In this document: positions 34,281 through 47,977 of the stretch, piece after piece
Numbering within the stretch: position 1 is the first letter of the stretch
How the letters are laid out: every line of letters begins with the position of its first letter
Assembly: GCA_001244265.2 (NCBI GenBank)
Contig: LN717261.1
Coordinates: 744,001-808,000, forward strand
DNA: 64,000 nt
DNA from: Microbotryum violaceum
Lineage: Eukaryota
Reading direction: 5' to 3'
The notes under the pieces: generated by a model
What the model saw: the letters and a program-made list of their open reading frames with translations, nothing else
Told to the model about the DNA's origin: nothing
Database searches by the model: none
Program-made: the position numbers and the translations under genes

Positions 34281-36449
34281 TCTTCATCTTCCAATCATCA
34301 ATTGGGTTACCCCTATACCGGTTTTGCTGCAACTCTGACTCGACTTCGCCTAAAAATAGCTCGCGCATGCAAGCGGCTTTTAGGAGAGTTGAAAACAACC
34401 AGCCGCCTCTGCCGCCTCTACCGGTCCCCCGCACAACACCCGCGCACCCGCGCCACTGCTAAGACCATAAGTCCTTCTGGACCGCAGACCCCACTAATTT
34501 CCCACAACAAGTTTCGAATATCCTGGGAAGCCTGTGTCAAACGGGGGCTCCTACGCAACGACAAGGAAGCCAACAGATGTCTGACCAAGGCAGCGGTCTT
34601 CCGTACTGGCCACAAGCTGCGACACCTGTTTGCCATGTTGTTAACGGCCAATGATGCAGTCACAAACGTGGCGCAGTTATGGATAAAGCACTATGACAAC
34701 CTCACCCAAGACGTTGAACACCAGCTACGGAACCAAAGACGGCAGCCAATCATCACACCTGAGCATGTAGCCAGCTGGGGGCTGCTACAGCTCAGCAATA
34801 TTCTGCAACAACTCAACTCCTCATTGTCAGACCACAGCCTGCCGCTGCCAACAATTCAGTTCGATGACAAAGCTTCAACAAACTGGCTTATCATGGAGGA
34901 ATCAGCCACAGCAGCAGAACTCAACAAATTGGAGGGTCCCTGGAGGAACAACTTCGAGTTGTGCAACACCGAACAACGCATTGTTGTTGAGACAGTTCTT
35001 GACTTGATTCTGAACAGCTGCGGAAAAGTCTTTTTTATTGATGCTCCGGGAGGGACAGGCAAAACGTTCTTGGAAGAAACGGTCCTTGCTCAGATTTGGT
35101 CAGAGGGAACATACACTCTTGCTGTTGCATCATCGGGTATTGCTGCACTGCTACTGCCAAAAGGCAGTATGGCACATTCACGGTTCAAGATCCCGATCGA
35201 CATCTTCAACAACTCTATGTGCAATGTTCCGAAACAAGAACAGCTTGTCGAGCTTTGGGACGAGGTACCGATGCAGCACCGTCAATGTTTCCAGCTGGTG
35301 GACAGGATGTTGCAACATGTGCGATTGTCAACGGCTCAATTTGGTGGACTGACCGTCGTGTTGGCAGGTGCGTGCCAATCTTTCAACAGCACAGCGCAGG
35401 GTAGCATGACTAACTGACCGGTTGGACTGTAACATCACAGGGGACAAGCTTATGTTCTTTTCGGCCTTTGCTGCAAGGATTTGACGCGCCGATCAAGCTC
35501 GCGCGCTCGGACCTCCCATCTCCGAGACCTCTCTCCCATGCTGAGCTATAGCTGTGCCTCATACACACGCGGGCTCACAGGCGGTCACTCGCGCTGCACG
35601 TTCCCTTCAGGGCCTTCACTGCACCGTTGACGTCTCCACCAGCCTCTGCCGCTGCGTTTACCACCGTTGATACAGGTGCGTTCCTCACTCCCAAGATCAC
35701 CTCACAGTTGACAAAGTCACTGACCAAGCATTTCATCTTGCAGGACGTTTCTCGGCTAGCCGCACCTAGCTCGTCTAAATCCTCAACGTGGCTCTGTCCA
35801 GGAGTAACTCGGGTTAAGTGTTATTGGTCACCCAAGCTTGTTGCACAGTGAACTTACCACTTTGATTCCTACATTGATCTTGCCAGTCCTGTACGGGCAG
35901 TTAGTGGGTAGTCCTTGTTGGACTACTTCACTGACTCGCAACCCCTGCATCTCTCAGCAGTCCTTCTGCCGAACCCTCCTGCTCGAAACGCAGCCTCTAC
36001 TAGCCTCCGCGGCATCACAGAGTCCCGATTGTTCTTGCAAAGGTATGCTGAGACGAAGGTAGCTATCCCCATTCTCACCAGTTGCAGCCAACTGACATCA
36101 CTCTGGCTTGTTCTTGCAAAGCCAAAGCTCCTTGATCGATTCCACCCTCCATCCCTTGTCACTCGCGTGAAAACTACTTCATTCTTTCGAACAATTCTTC
36201 CTTTCTCTTCTTCGGTTAAGCCTGTCTTCCCACTACGTTCATTTCCATATCTTCTTGGCTTCCATCTCGCTACACTCGCTGGGTTTCAATCTCGTCTTCC
36301 GTTGTCAGACGCCCTTGGATAGTTCGTTCTTGTTGAATGGTTGGACACACCACTAGTTGTCCCTCATCCCGCTGCAACTTGACTCAGTTTACCGCTACAC
36401 GTCGCGCGAGCGGTCCAGGGAGTTGACAGGCCGCGAGCACCGCAGAACG

Positions 36450-36575
36450 CGCGCGTTCTTAAGCCGCCACTAAGCACCCTTATGTGATCTGTTGATGACG
36501 CCGGCTTAACGGCGCGCACCGCTTAGAGGCGCTTAAGGACGCTTAACAAGACGTCATTGAGCTTAAGCGCGCGTG
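36450..36575 (-). repeat. Possible DNA-transposon terminus (CACGCG... with GCTTAA repeats)
   Basis: Several GCTTAA/TTAAGC motifs ending at GCGTG, at the boundary between TE block and gene island. Confidence 0.3.
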
Positions 36576-36820
36576 CCCATTTTGCTGATCGGCGGGTCTG
36601 GGAGTTGCGGAACCTGCTGGAGCAAGTAGGTGGTAACCTGGACCGACAACGTGGACGTCAGTGACTTGAAATGGGTATTCGCGGCTTTCGTGGTCGGTGT
36701 ACCCCTGTATGTCCGGCATTGGCTGTCCAAAGTCGCCAGCCTGCCCGGTGCGAATGTGGGGGGTCTCGGTCGCGCACGTGCGATGTCCCTCTCCCCACAC
36801 GGGCCTGTTGGCTGCGGCTA

Positions 36821-39800
36821 ATGGCCACTGCAATGAGTCCTATCGACAGAAGTCCACCCAAGCTCAGCCTTCCCTTCACCAACACCAACATCACAAGCCT
36901 CTCAAAACTTCACATCTCTTACCTCCCCTCGAAACACCCACTACATGGATCCCTACCTATCACTTGGCGGCAGTACTAGTAGCACGGGCCCAACTTCGAC
37001 GGATCTCGAACGGACTCCCCACGGGTTCTCGGTGTGCAAGCGCCTTCGGTCGAGGGTTTGGTTGGTATGGGCTTTCTGGGTGTGCAAAGGGAATTATTAT
37101 AGAGGGAAGAAGAAGAAGGATGGGACCAGGAAGGCAGAGACGTGCGGGGTCAGGTTGATGGGGGAAGGTTGTGGAAGCGAAGAACGAGAGGTGAGCTTGT
37201 CGTTTGAGGAGAAAGGGGGCTCGCTGCCTGCAGAGAAAGGCGGAGAATTAACCGGCGCAGAGTTATTATGAGACCGTAGCTCAATATCGTTCCCTATCGA
37301 GGCCATGGGTTACAGTCCGTCGAACTATGCGTGAGATCATCTGGTAGTAAAGAATCCCGCCGCCACTGACCAGATCTCCTGTGTCCTCTCAGCTCTCACA
37401 AAACCTAGAAAAGCTTCACATGGAGCCAAACAAATGCTCCAATCCGACATTGAGCAAGACCCTTCCCTCTCGCCTCATAGGAATGAAATGGCCCATCTTC
37501 GAAGGGACGGCTCTCTGTCGGCCGAGGAGATGACTTTTCTGACCGAGCGTAAGAGGAGATCGCACAGAGTCAGGGGTTGGTTAAGCTTTTGGGACTGGAG
37601 GAAGGGGAAGAGATCGATGAACGAGACGTCCCAATAGTGAGTCGCTCCGCACTGGAGCAATGATAGCAAACCGTGGAGTTGAAGAGTTTTGAACACTATC
37701 AGATCGGGCTAGGAGGGTCGGGAGGCGGAATGCGTGCCAACCTCGGCTTCCTGTCAACGATCCTCGCCTTTCAAGAGCTCGATCTATGGCCGTTGTTGAC
37801 CTACACAGCGGGGGCATCCGGGTCCTGTTGGGCTCTGGCGAGTTTATATACGCTACCGATCGCACATCCGCTCATGTCATCACTCAATGCCGCCGCAGTG
37901 ATTGAGCACTTTATGTCCGTCTCAGGGGACCACCCTCTGAGTACAAAATCGGTCATCCGAGTCAGGGACGCACACGGAGGGTACCAATCGCTTTTCGGAC
38001 CTTTGATTACAAAGTCTAAGAACGGTCAAAAGATCTGTAGTGAGTACAGACCACTGACCCTCACTTGAGTAAATATCGACACTGACCGAGATCGCTACAC
38101 TGCGGGGCTTGACAGTGATTGATCTGTACTCAGCACTGATCTCATCGTACTTCTGGATGATGCCCAGAAAAGATGGGAAGGATCAGGTTGATCCGTATGT
38201 ACCCTGCTTCGGCTCGTGAGGTCCAGAGAGGGTCATTCCACTGACTGTCCCAAACCCCCCCTGGCTGATTGTCAGCGCCTCGATGAAATGGTCGCGCGCG
38301 TACGATAATGCGGGCCTGGCTCACGGGTGCGAGCCCTTCCCTATCGTCAGTCACGCCAATGTAGGCTTCCATCTGGAACGCTGCTTGATGGCTTAAGAAT
38401 GGGCCGTCCCGGAACTGCTCACCGCCTGCAGACACAAACCGCCATGGCGGTCATGGAAGGATCCGAACGTGTCGCCCCATATGATTGACGAAGAGATGTA
38501 AGCTCCTTTGGGCGCGCTGAGTAAATTGAAGAACGCTGATCAGTGCGTCCACTCATGCACAGCGCGGAACGCAAGAAACGCGATGCGTGGTGGCAATGGT
38601 TCGAGATGAACCCCGTTGTGGTTGGATGCGATGAGCTGCAAGGATGGGTACCAACGTGGAGTGAGTCAACCGTCTTATATAACGTCATGTCATAGTCGAT
38701 ATCTCACTCATACCTACCTTCAACACTGTACAGGCTTTGGGCGCAAGTGAGTATGATATGCATGCGTCTGATAGGGGTTCAACTTAAGCCAGAGACCGAA
38801 TCCACCTCCCCAACCACAGATTTGAGAAAGGCTTGTCGGTGCAGAACCTACCTGAACATTCGTTGGCACTCCTGCTTGGATCGGCGACTGCAGTGCCGGC
38901 TGCGCCCCTGTCAAGTTTTCTCGAGATGCTGTGGACCAAGCTGCCATGGGACGTATTTGGTTCGGCGTTGATACGTGAGTATCTCGTGCAGCAGATTTCT
39001 TGATTGTCATTGCTGATCATAATACCGCTACAGATACACTACTGACCCTCTCACGCCGAATGGGCGACTCAACAATGGACAAACTCGACAACATCAACCC
39101 CATTCACGCGAGCAACGAAGCTAATCCATTCTTCGACGCTCCTAAACGCTCCGGCCGAGGGGATGGGTTCGAACATTCTCCGCGGCTTCATCTCGTCAAT
39201 AGTGGGATGAGCAATAACTGCCCGACGCATGTATTCTTGCATCCTGCAAGGGATGTAGATCTCATCATCCTGTCAGTGCGCATGAACCTCCACATCATGA
39301 AAGCTATGATTAGCAATCAATTATAACGAGTTTGGCTGCAGGACTACGCCGCCCAGGAGACAGTCCGCTGACTGATCATCCACACTTGGGTCTTCAAATT
39401 TGACGCCTTTTCAGACGTCCAGAAAGGCTCCGCACTGGCACGAATCAACGAATATGGAGCAACAAAGGGGCTCGAATTCACACCGCGGCAAAGACTGCCC
39501 CCCCTAATGCCACCGAAGATGGACAAGGCGGGCAAGGTCTTGCCGCGCAGTGTCGATGAAATCCGATTCAAATTTGAAGGGACATAGTGAGTGTTTGCCA
39601 CTCAGACTTCGGAACCCAGAATGATAGAAGCTGAAGCTGAAGTTCATTCCGTGTAGTGCTCAATTCTTGGACGGCAAAGCTTTGCATGTCGTCGAAGGTG
39701 CGCAGTCGTCCCTTTTCCGCTCTAATATCGCAATCCAATCACTAAATTCCTCACTCCGAATCTTAGGCAGAGAAGGCGCCGTCTACAACGAGAAGCATCA

Positions 39801-40257
39801 ACCGCAAGCGTGGCGAGACGTGACACTCGTCTACCTCCCTTTGTTGCCCAATGTGTGCAACCCGGAGCACGACCCCTCGACCGCACCCTTTTCAAGCTCG
39901 TACAATCTCATCTGGACGGCGGAAAACGTGCAGGATATCGTCAAGACGGCGACGCAGAACGTAAGCTGTACCCGAGTATGGCACAACATTGATGTTGGCC
40001 TGACTCGCGCCCTTATTCGACAGATCCGAGACGGCAAGGTAATCCTGAACCAAGCGATCTCGGAGGTGTACGCCAAACGCGAAGCACTTCGGCTCGCTGG
40101 CGAGAGCCTTCCAGTCAAGCGAGCACGATGCAACATTGCGAATGAAGATGAGGTAGGACGTGTGGTTATAACAGGCAAAAACCCTATTGAAGTCGCTTTA
40201 GATGCGAGCGAGATGAGGGGGAAACGACCTTGGATCACTCCAGCAGGTTCGCTATAG
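36821..40257 (+). pseudogene. Cytosolic PLA2 / lysophospholipase-like gene, multi-exon, apparently disabled
   Basis: IDERDVP, GGSGGGMRA, AGASGSCWAL, WWQWFEMNP, LVNSGMSNN (normally DSG); frameshift near 37556; 5' boundary approximate. Confidence 0.82.
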
Positions 40258-40339
40258 CTATGGTGGATGTAAATACAATTCCAGTGCGACAGACATAGAT
40301 TGTACTACTGCTATATGCAGTGGAGCTTGATAAAGATCT

Positions 40340-41627
40340 TCAATCACCACTCCCTGCGGCTTGGTACGCTTCCAACTCCTGGAAATGTTCGAGGTAGGCC
40401 AAGGCGATCGTAACGAGACAGTCGGGGTTGATGTCCAGTGTTTTGGTCCGCTCGCGGTCAACGAGGAATAAGCCTTTTGTTGAGGAGCTTGAGAGGCTGG
40501 AGAATCGAAAAGGATTGTGAGATTCAGCTCTAAGACACTGTACCGCGAGGATCGCAGCCTGAGTAGACAGACTTACGTGATCTCTTCCTCGAACCGCATT
40601 ATCTCGTCCCCATCTGGGTCGACGACACAGCTCCAGTCGTTCTCCCTGCCCGCGACGACCCGTCTCAGTATATGACCTGGTGTCCATCGACTTGTCGTTT
40701 GGGATGTCACCCTTTGCGAATGATGAGGCAGTCGAGGTTGGAGAGTGAACCTTACAGTTCGAGTCGAGAACCCTTCTTCGGCGTTGGTCGAGACGGCAGC
40801 TTGTGTGGCCGTAGTAGCAGGCGTCAATGGGGTACCTGAGGATCTTTTCAGATCACTCGGGTCGTTCAAATCCATAGCGACACTGACGCTCGTCCCCCCT
40901 TCCGCACCCGACTCTTCCGCCGGCCGCAAATCAATCTCCTCCCCAATCTTATTCCTAACTTCCAATTCGAACTGCAATTCGCCTTCCTTCCCTCTCTTCC
41001 CTTTGACAGCCAAAAGCTGAACGTAGGAATCTTCCGTCGCCTTCTGACCGAGTTGTTCGGGTTTGAGAGGTCGTATGACGAGGTACCACCCTCTTCGAGG
41101 TCGGTGGATCGTCCAGGCGGGTTCATGGGAAGAATTCTGCACAAGTAAGAGGTAATTTCAGTGCAGGATACGAAGGCTGAGGTATGAATCAAGCATACGA
41201 ATAAGGTATCAACGATCTCAGTCTCTGTCAACCTCCGCGTCTGAAGAACAAGTCACGCCACAACCCCGGCGAAATCAGACTTCAGCTGAGCCCGAATTGC
41301 GCGGTCGAACACGTCGCGACACGTTCTTCGATCGTGAGGCGGTGCCAGGTCGAGTGCTGACCTTGGTGAAGAGACGACGGTCATGCTCGTCCTTGAGGAT
41401 GAAGAGCTCTTGCGATGCGTCAGCTTCGTTGCTGCGTCGAATATATGATGTAGCTGGAGTCAGTTCCAGAACGCCCTCCCTGACTGCATGTGGGGGTCGA
41501 CGTGGCAGCTGCTCTCCGAGCTCTGGCAAGGACGGGAGACTGACCTGCTGAGATGGTATCGCAAGAGATCGAAGCAGCGGCTCAGATCATTGGCTGAGGC
41601 CGACGAGGTCGAGGCTGCGGACGTCAT
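40340..41627 (-). CDS. Hypothetical multi-exon fungal protein
   Basis: Collinear coding-like segments (MTSAAS..., PAWTIHRPRRGWYLVIR, ALAYLEHFQELEAYQAA) separated by short GT-AG introns. Confidence 0.65.
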
Positions 41628-41706
41628 GACGTCGCGGTAGTGTCTGGGGCGGAGGAAACGAGAGGCACGAGCGCAAGTGCGAGTCCAGGGCTGTCCAGGG
41701 GCATGC

Positions 41707-43168
41707 AGGACCCCCGAAAGCCCAGCCGGAGGCGCTTTTTTTTTTGACATTTTGAGGACCCAAAATCCTGAAAATCGTCGAGGCGCATTGCAAACATTTG
41801 ACGTTTTGGGACGAAACACACGTTTTGTCCACGAGGCGCCTTTGCAGATTTTGACATTTTCCCCTTGGGTCGACGCAATTTTGGCCTACCCTGAGCAGCC
41901 TTCGGCATGACTTTGGGCCCGTTCGCCTTCGCTTCGAGACGCGCGTCGCGATGCTCGCAGCGCTTGTACAGGTCACTAGTCATTTTTTGTGATCTTTTTA
42001 TTAGTGCAGTGGCTGTTAGGGATTAGATACCAATAGTTCCCACTGTGATTGAAGCGGCGCCGGTTCCGTTCTGACATTGAAGCATAGCACGACAACATGA
42101 TCCCATGCTTATTTCTCGACGAAGACCAGGACTGCTATTTGAACAGACGATGACTTCGATCGATTATCGCCGCTCACCAACATGCCGATCGCCGAGCTCC
42201 TCGCCTTCTGTGTATCATGTCGCTCCCGCCGACGCGTCTCTTTGCACCGAGTTGTCCAAAGACAAGCCCACCCAGTAATCGACCTACGTATACCTACCCT
42301 ACCCGACTCTCCAGACCAGAGACGTGTTTCTCGCCACCGATGCTCTGATTAGGATATCGACCTTTGGCCGTCGCGTTGACAAGCAGTACGGAGCGCTAGC
42401 ACAACGCTCTCGTCATTTTGGATCGCTAGACAGAGTTGTAACCACTGCCACACCATTGGAGATCGGATCTCTGATTTGCTTTGACCTCAAGCGTGGCATG
42501 CAGCTGCGATCAAATTGCTTATGGAGAAGAACCGCTGTCCATGGAAGCTTCGCTTCATCAAGAAAGCATGCTATTTCACTCACATTGATGGTACTATGCC
42601 GTTCCGCATGAGTGATGGTCGACAGGTCATCGAGTCATTAGCCAACGATTACATATTGTCCCACAAGGATATTACCTCATGTTACCCCGACGAGCGCATA
42701 ATCAGCACGTGCGCACGTGCCGAGCAAAGATTGCCGCGGCCCTTCGGAGCGTGCCCGGGCCGCGAGATGATGCCGCCGGTAGAATCTCTACAAGCCGCAC
42801 AATTGCCACCGCGGATACAAAGAGCTCAAGTTCGGGAAAACGTAAGTCTGACAACGATGTAGCGAGCCCACCAGTAAAGCAAGGAAGGCCCTCTTGATGC
42901 CTGGAGCCACGCGCGACACCTGCCGAAGCGACCGCGCGCCGCAAGCCACGTTCGATTGGCCGCCGCGCGCCCGCAAACGCTCGGAACGCGTTTTCAAGGA
43001 GTTTTGAGCGATTTGTGGAGCATGTAGAACACATTTTGATAATTATTCCGAGGCGCATGTAATTTTGACATCTTGGGGCCAAAATAGGGTAGGGTAGAAA
43101 ACTTTGACAAAAAGGCCAAAAAACGACGTTTTTCCACATGCGCCTCTGGCTGGGCTTTCTGGGGTCCT
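41707..43168. mobile_element. Non-autonomous TIR element, copy 1
   Basis: TIR AGGACCCC(C/A)GAAAGCCCAGCC(G/A)GAGGCGC at both ends; homologous to 48499-50591 in inverted orientation. Confidence 0.85.
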
Positions 43169-43223
43169 GCCCCAGCCCTCCCCAGCCTGCCCCAGCAGAG
43201 TGCTTCCTCCGATGTGCGGCGCG

Positions 43224-44600
43224 CACGTGATGGAGGCCAAGCCCGGCGCAGTTGTGCGGGCCTGTGGAAAGTGCAGTGGGCACTGGGAACTCAGCTGATG
43301 TCAGGCGACACGCACTTTCCAAAAGCTAAGCTCGGCAGCAGCATCAAACGAAAGGTACTGTGGGCATCTCTTATAAGCCCCAACTTGAAGGGTCCGAGAC
43401 TCGGAGGTGGATGCGACTCGACTTTTCAACTTTCAAGCCGTCAGCCTAGCCTAGCTCAGCTCAAAGGAACCCTCCGCTCAGCCGTACGCCGTCCACGTGA
43501 CAAGTGGGCTCAAATCAAAGACGGCTTCGCCCGCCCGCGTTGCCGCCGCCGGACTCTATCTTTACCTCTTCTTCCCGCCCGAAGACACCTTCGATATCGT
43601 CCTACTCTACTCGTCGTCCTTTTTTCTACGCGCGACGTCGATCCTGTCTACCCCGCAGAAATTCACTCCAACAGATCGCCACCCGGTAGCCGCCCATCAC
43701 CACGCCTTGTGCACCTCAAAACGGGTTTCTTTCCCCGGCGCTCTCTCGACCTCTCTTTAAGCTTGACTATGGCTCCCTACAACTCGAACGGCAACGGATC
43801 CGCCCCGACTGCGGATGATCATACCCTAGCCAATTTGCTCACCACGGTCAGTGCTCTTCTTGGCCTCTGTATTCGGCTCCGCTGTCGCTGTCTCTCGCTC
43901 TCCCGTGCGGGTGTGCTGCTCCAACGCGTCCCTCGGTCGGTGTCCAAGGGTGCTGCTCCCTGCTGCTGCTGCACCTCGAACCCACCGGAATGCCGTGCTC
44001 CGATGTCTAGTGTACTTTGTTGGGTTCACACTCGCCAGTGATGCTGCTTCGTACGGCCTGCCCCCGGGCTTCGGGGGGGGGGGGGGGGCGATGGACCATC
44101 GTCTCCATCGTCTCGCCCACATCAGGTCACGAGATGTGTGCTGCGGCAGCGTTCTCGCCCTACCCCGTACCCAGTCCCCTCGACAACGACGCACTCGTCG
44201 GCGTGACCTCGGGCTCCTGCGCTCCCTGCAGCCATACATATCCGCGATGACCGCCACCACATTCGTCTAGAGTACACTCTGTAGCTGCTACTGGTGTATG
44301 AGTCTCTCGCCAACCCACCGATACTTCTCACAACCCCTGGGCGGACTGGACCGTGTGCCCACGAGCCGGGGCGGGCTTTCTCCCACGTGACGACCCGCTT
44401 TTCGCCTCTGGCCCAGCAGCGGGGCGCACGGGCGGCGGCGGCGGCGACGGCCCCAGCCACTGCCGCCAGCTGCCGCGGCGGCTCTCGGTGCCGCTGCCGC
44501 TCTCGCTCAGGGGTCAGGGATTTACCCCCCTTTGGCGATACTTCCTTTCAGGGGTACAGGAGTTGCTCGTGATAGAGCTAGACAACTGAAAACACGTGAC
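43224..44600 (-). promoter_or_regulatory. Four CDEI/E-box sites (RTCACGTG)
   Basis: CACGTGAT at 43224; CACGTGAC at 43494, 44384 and 44593. Confidence 0.6.
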
Positions 44601-45864
44601 CTGGCCTTGACATCAACTCATACGAGCCATGCACTGACCACTACTCTCTTCTCGCGTGATAGATGGCCCAACAACAACCTTTGCCCAAGAAGAGGGGATC
44701 GAACGCTGCGGGTGCACGCTCGAGCGAGTGAGTTTGGTCAGGCACCCCAGGCATCGACCGAGTATGTGCTTTCATGACTGACGGCCAACATCCGCGCGGA
44801 CAGACGCACCGCTGCTGCGCCCTCTTCGAAAAAGGGCGGCAAGAAGAACGCCGACGAAACCCCTGCCGCGGCCGACAAGAATGTCGACTCCTCCGCGACG
44901 GCCAAGGGTAAAGCCGACGGCAACAAGACCAACGGAACCGGTCCTTCTACGCGCAACCTCTCTGCGAGCATCGCGTCGCAGCCACATCAACAAGCTCCCC
45001 AGCCTCCGACATGCAACGGTCGAACAGGCTCAGCCGCACAGGCTTCGACGACCATCGACCCTTCCGCTACGGGCGGTACGACGAATGCGAGCGCTAATCC
45101 TGCGGAACGCAACGACTCGCGAGCGTCTTCCAAGAACGGTTCTGATGCCGACTACTCGGAGGACAACGACGAGTCCTACATGGCGAACGCTACAGCCCCT
45201 GCGACTACGAATGGGAAACGCAAGGGCAAGAAGAACCAGGCCAGGGCCGCCAAGAAGGAGGCCTCCACTACTGGAGCTTCGACGGGCAATGCGAATGCTT
45301 CGACAAGTGCGGCCGGCGCGGCCGCCAATGGGAATGGAGCAGCAGCGACGAATGGGGATGATGAGGAAGGTGGGGAGAAGCTGCATACCGAGCAGGAGTG
45401 GAACAGAACCAGGAAAGATAACCATGTTCGTCTGCTCTGCCTTTCTCGTTTGAAGCAAAGCGACTGAACACTGACCCACATCCAACCCTCATCCGAGCCG
45501 TCCACAGAAAGAAGTCGAACGCCGCCGACGCGAAACGATCAACGAAGGCATCAACGAGCTCAAGAACATCGTCCCCGGCTGCGAGAAGAATAAGGGCTCG
45601 ATCCTCTCCCGCGCGGTGCAGTACATCCAACAACTCAAGGACAGGGAGGCAACACTCAAGGACAAGGAGGCGACCCTGATCGAGAAATGGACCTTGGAGA
45701 AGTTGTTGTCGGATCAGACGACGAGCGATCTCAAGAGGGAGGTGGAGAAGCTGAGGGAGGAATTAAGCATCGCAAGGATGCAGAACGGGAAGAGGGGTGA
45801 GGTCGAAGGGGGTGGTCAATATGGTGGAAGTGAGCCCAAGAGGTCGAGATTGGAAGGCCGATGA
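43769..45864 (+). CDS. CBF1: bHLH-zipper transcription factor, Cbf1/USF-like
   Basis: RKDNH/KEVERRRRETINEGINEL..IVP...KNKGSILSRAVQYI...IEKWTLEKLL; introns 43847-44662, about 44728-44803, and 45426-45507. Confidence 0.85.
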
Positions 45865-46141
45865 GGCAAGAGACATCGCTCGGCACAGAACCCTTTAACA
45901 AACACATGTCTCGGCCAGATTTTGATTCCCACCTATCCACATCATCGTAGTGTATCCCTTGTTCCCCCAAGCTTCCGGATCTCCTCGCTTCTCTCATCCT
46001 CTCGCCCGGAGAAGTATCACAATTACCACGCCCCCCTACCCTCCCCACCCTACCCAAAACGACCAAAACCTGCCTTCTCACTCTACTCTCTCCTCTAGAC
46101 ATCCGTGTGTTGTTTCATTTGTTGCGAAGAGACTATTCATG

Positions 46142-47696
46142 TTACTCCGTCCCGTTCCTGTGTCTCACTGCCCGAACTGGTTCGCTACGAACTCCCCCCA
46201 CACCGGGTCCCGATCCAACACGTCCCACGTACTCTTCTGTAGGGCCAGAGCAAGCTCCAACCCCCCTTCTTCGATCCCAGGAGAAACGGGCAGCAGATAC
46301 CCCAATCCATCCAAGAGCGATATCTCCGTGAAAGGCGTCATCACCCGACTTGGACCAACCCCCTTTCTCGGACCCGAACCCGAATTCAAGGGGGTTATAG
46401 ACGTCGAACTTCCCCCAATGGCTCAGCATTAGGGTCCCTCCTGGACGGTATCCATATTTGTCGCCAATGAGGAGCTTATTGGGTTGTAGAGCGATCAAGG
46501 ACAGGGTTCGGAGGGTGGAGGTGATGAAGGAGGTGTTCTGAGTCGTATCGGTTAGGGAATGAATTTGTCGGGCTAGCTCGGGAAGAGAGTTCGGGGCGGA
46601 GAGAAGGAGAGGGGTCCAAGTCGGTGTATACGGATTGGAGGGCGTTGCCAAAATATCGAGGTGGGAGAAGGGCTTCTCCGAGCCTTGATCTTAAATTAAG
46701 AGGTGTCAGGAAGTTCGGTAGGGGTGCTGTCGAGCGGTTGTCTTCTGCTCGCCGCTGACTGGCGGAGGTTCGAGAGAGGTAGACTCGTTGAAGTAGGTGG
46801 GCAGATACGGGCATCAAAGGTCGATATCCAGCAGTTTGATGTCGGGTCGGTAGCTGTTGCCTTGATCCTTACGAGTGAAGCCGCAGTGAAATGAATGAAT
46901 CGTCCCACCACGGGATCAGATGTTTTTCATCGGGAGCTCCGTCGGACTTGTCGTTCTTTGGGCTTGTCGGCTCGGTCTCGGCGGACGTAGACTGATCGAT
47001 GTGGTAATTCCCGGGCTTGAAGTCCAATATCATCTTCCTCTCGTCCTTCCCAAACTAGCCCAGGCTACTCATGAAGGACTTGATACACGGCCCTCTTTCC
47101 AACTCCTCCCCAATCTCCCGATAAAGCCTCGCGAAATCTTGCACAAATTGAATCGCTCCTTGAGCATAACACAAGGTATGAAACCATCGAAAGCCCAACG
47201 ACACTCCACCGCATGCGAAGATGGTATGTTGGATCGTCAAGACGGCGTGGTTGCAGACGTACTCGAGCGTGGGCTGGAACGGGGCGAACAGAGTTTTCGA
47301 GATGGTTCTCGAAGGGTTGCGGGGGTAACTCCCGGGTGGATGTTTTACGATCCATTTGTCGAGGGGTTCGGAGCAGATGGCTTCGAGTAGATTGGCACCC
47401 TTGTTCAAGTCGGTGATACTTCGCACGCCGGTTTGAGGATCGAGTTCGAGTCGACCGGTCAAGCGAGGATAAGAAGCCAAGACGATCGACAGGGCTTGCT
47501 TGATGCGTTTTAGAGGCATGAAGAATGAGGACGCATGATGTACAGGTTTGGTGTATACGAACAAGATAGCGATGGGTATGGTAGGTGTGACGAGCGAGTC
47601 TAGAGGGCCGAGGAGGAATGATGAGGAACGGGGGGGTTGACTCGGCGCCGAGTCGGCGTACTGTATATTGTGGGAGTGTAAGAGCTGTACGGACAT
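46142..47696 (-). pseudogene. BAHD/CoA-dependent acyltransferase (Transferase family), frameshifted
   Basis: LASYPRLTGRL, F.CGGVSLG, HTLCY (HxxxD altered), PPRYFGNA, EFG; at least four frame changes. Confidence 0.82.
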
Positions 47697-47826
47697 TCTC
47701 GCCTAGGATTGGGCAGTCATTTGGAAGGGGGCGCTAGGCGACCAGTGGACCATCAGAGAGGAGACAGAGAGTGTGCCAAAATTAAAATCGACGTCAGGCG
47801 ACGACGTCACTGTTTGGCATGCCCAG

Positions 47827-47938
47827 CAAGGGTTCTCATAGGATCAGATCTGATCCGATCCTGATCCTAATTTTTAGGATCAGATGGATCCTGATCCTAG
47901 CTGGGCAGGATCAAGATAAGATAGATCAAGCCTCGGAG

Positions 47939-47977
<39 letters not shown>

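Noticed and set aside
43214-44589. ORFs of 100-275 aa over the CBF1-like promoter and intron
   Set aside because: GC-rich shadow ORFs with no recognisable domain
47939-47973. Poly(A) tail of a retrocopy
   Set aside because: Internal to a TIR/TSD-defined MITE, with no separate TSD
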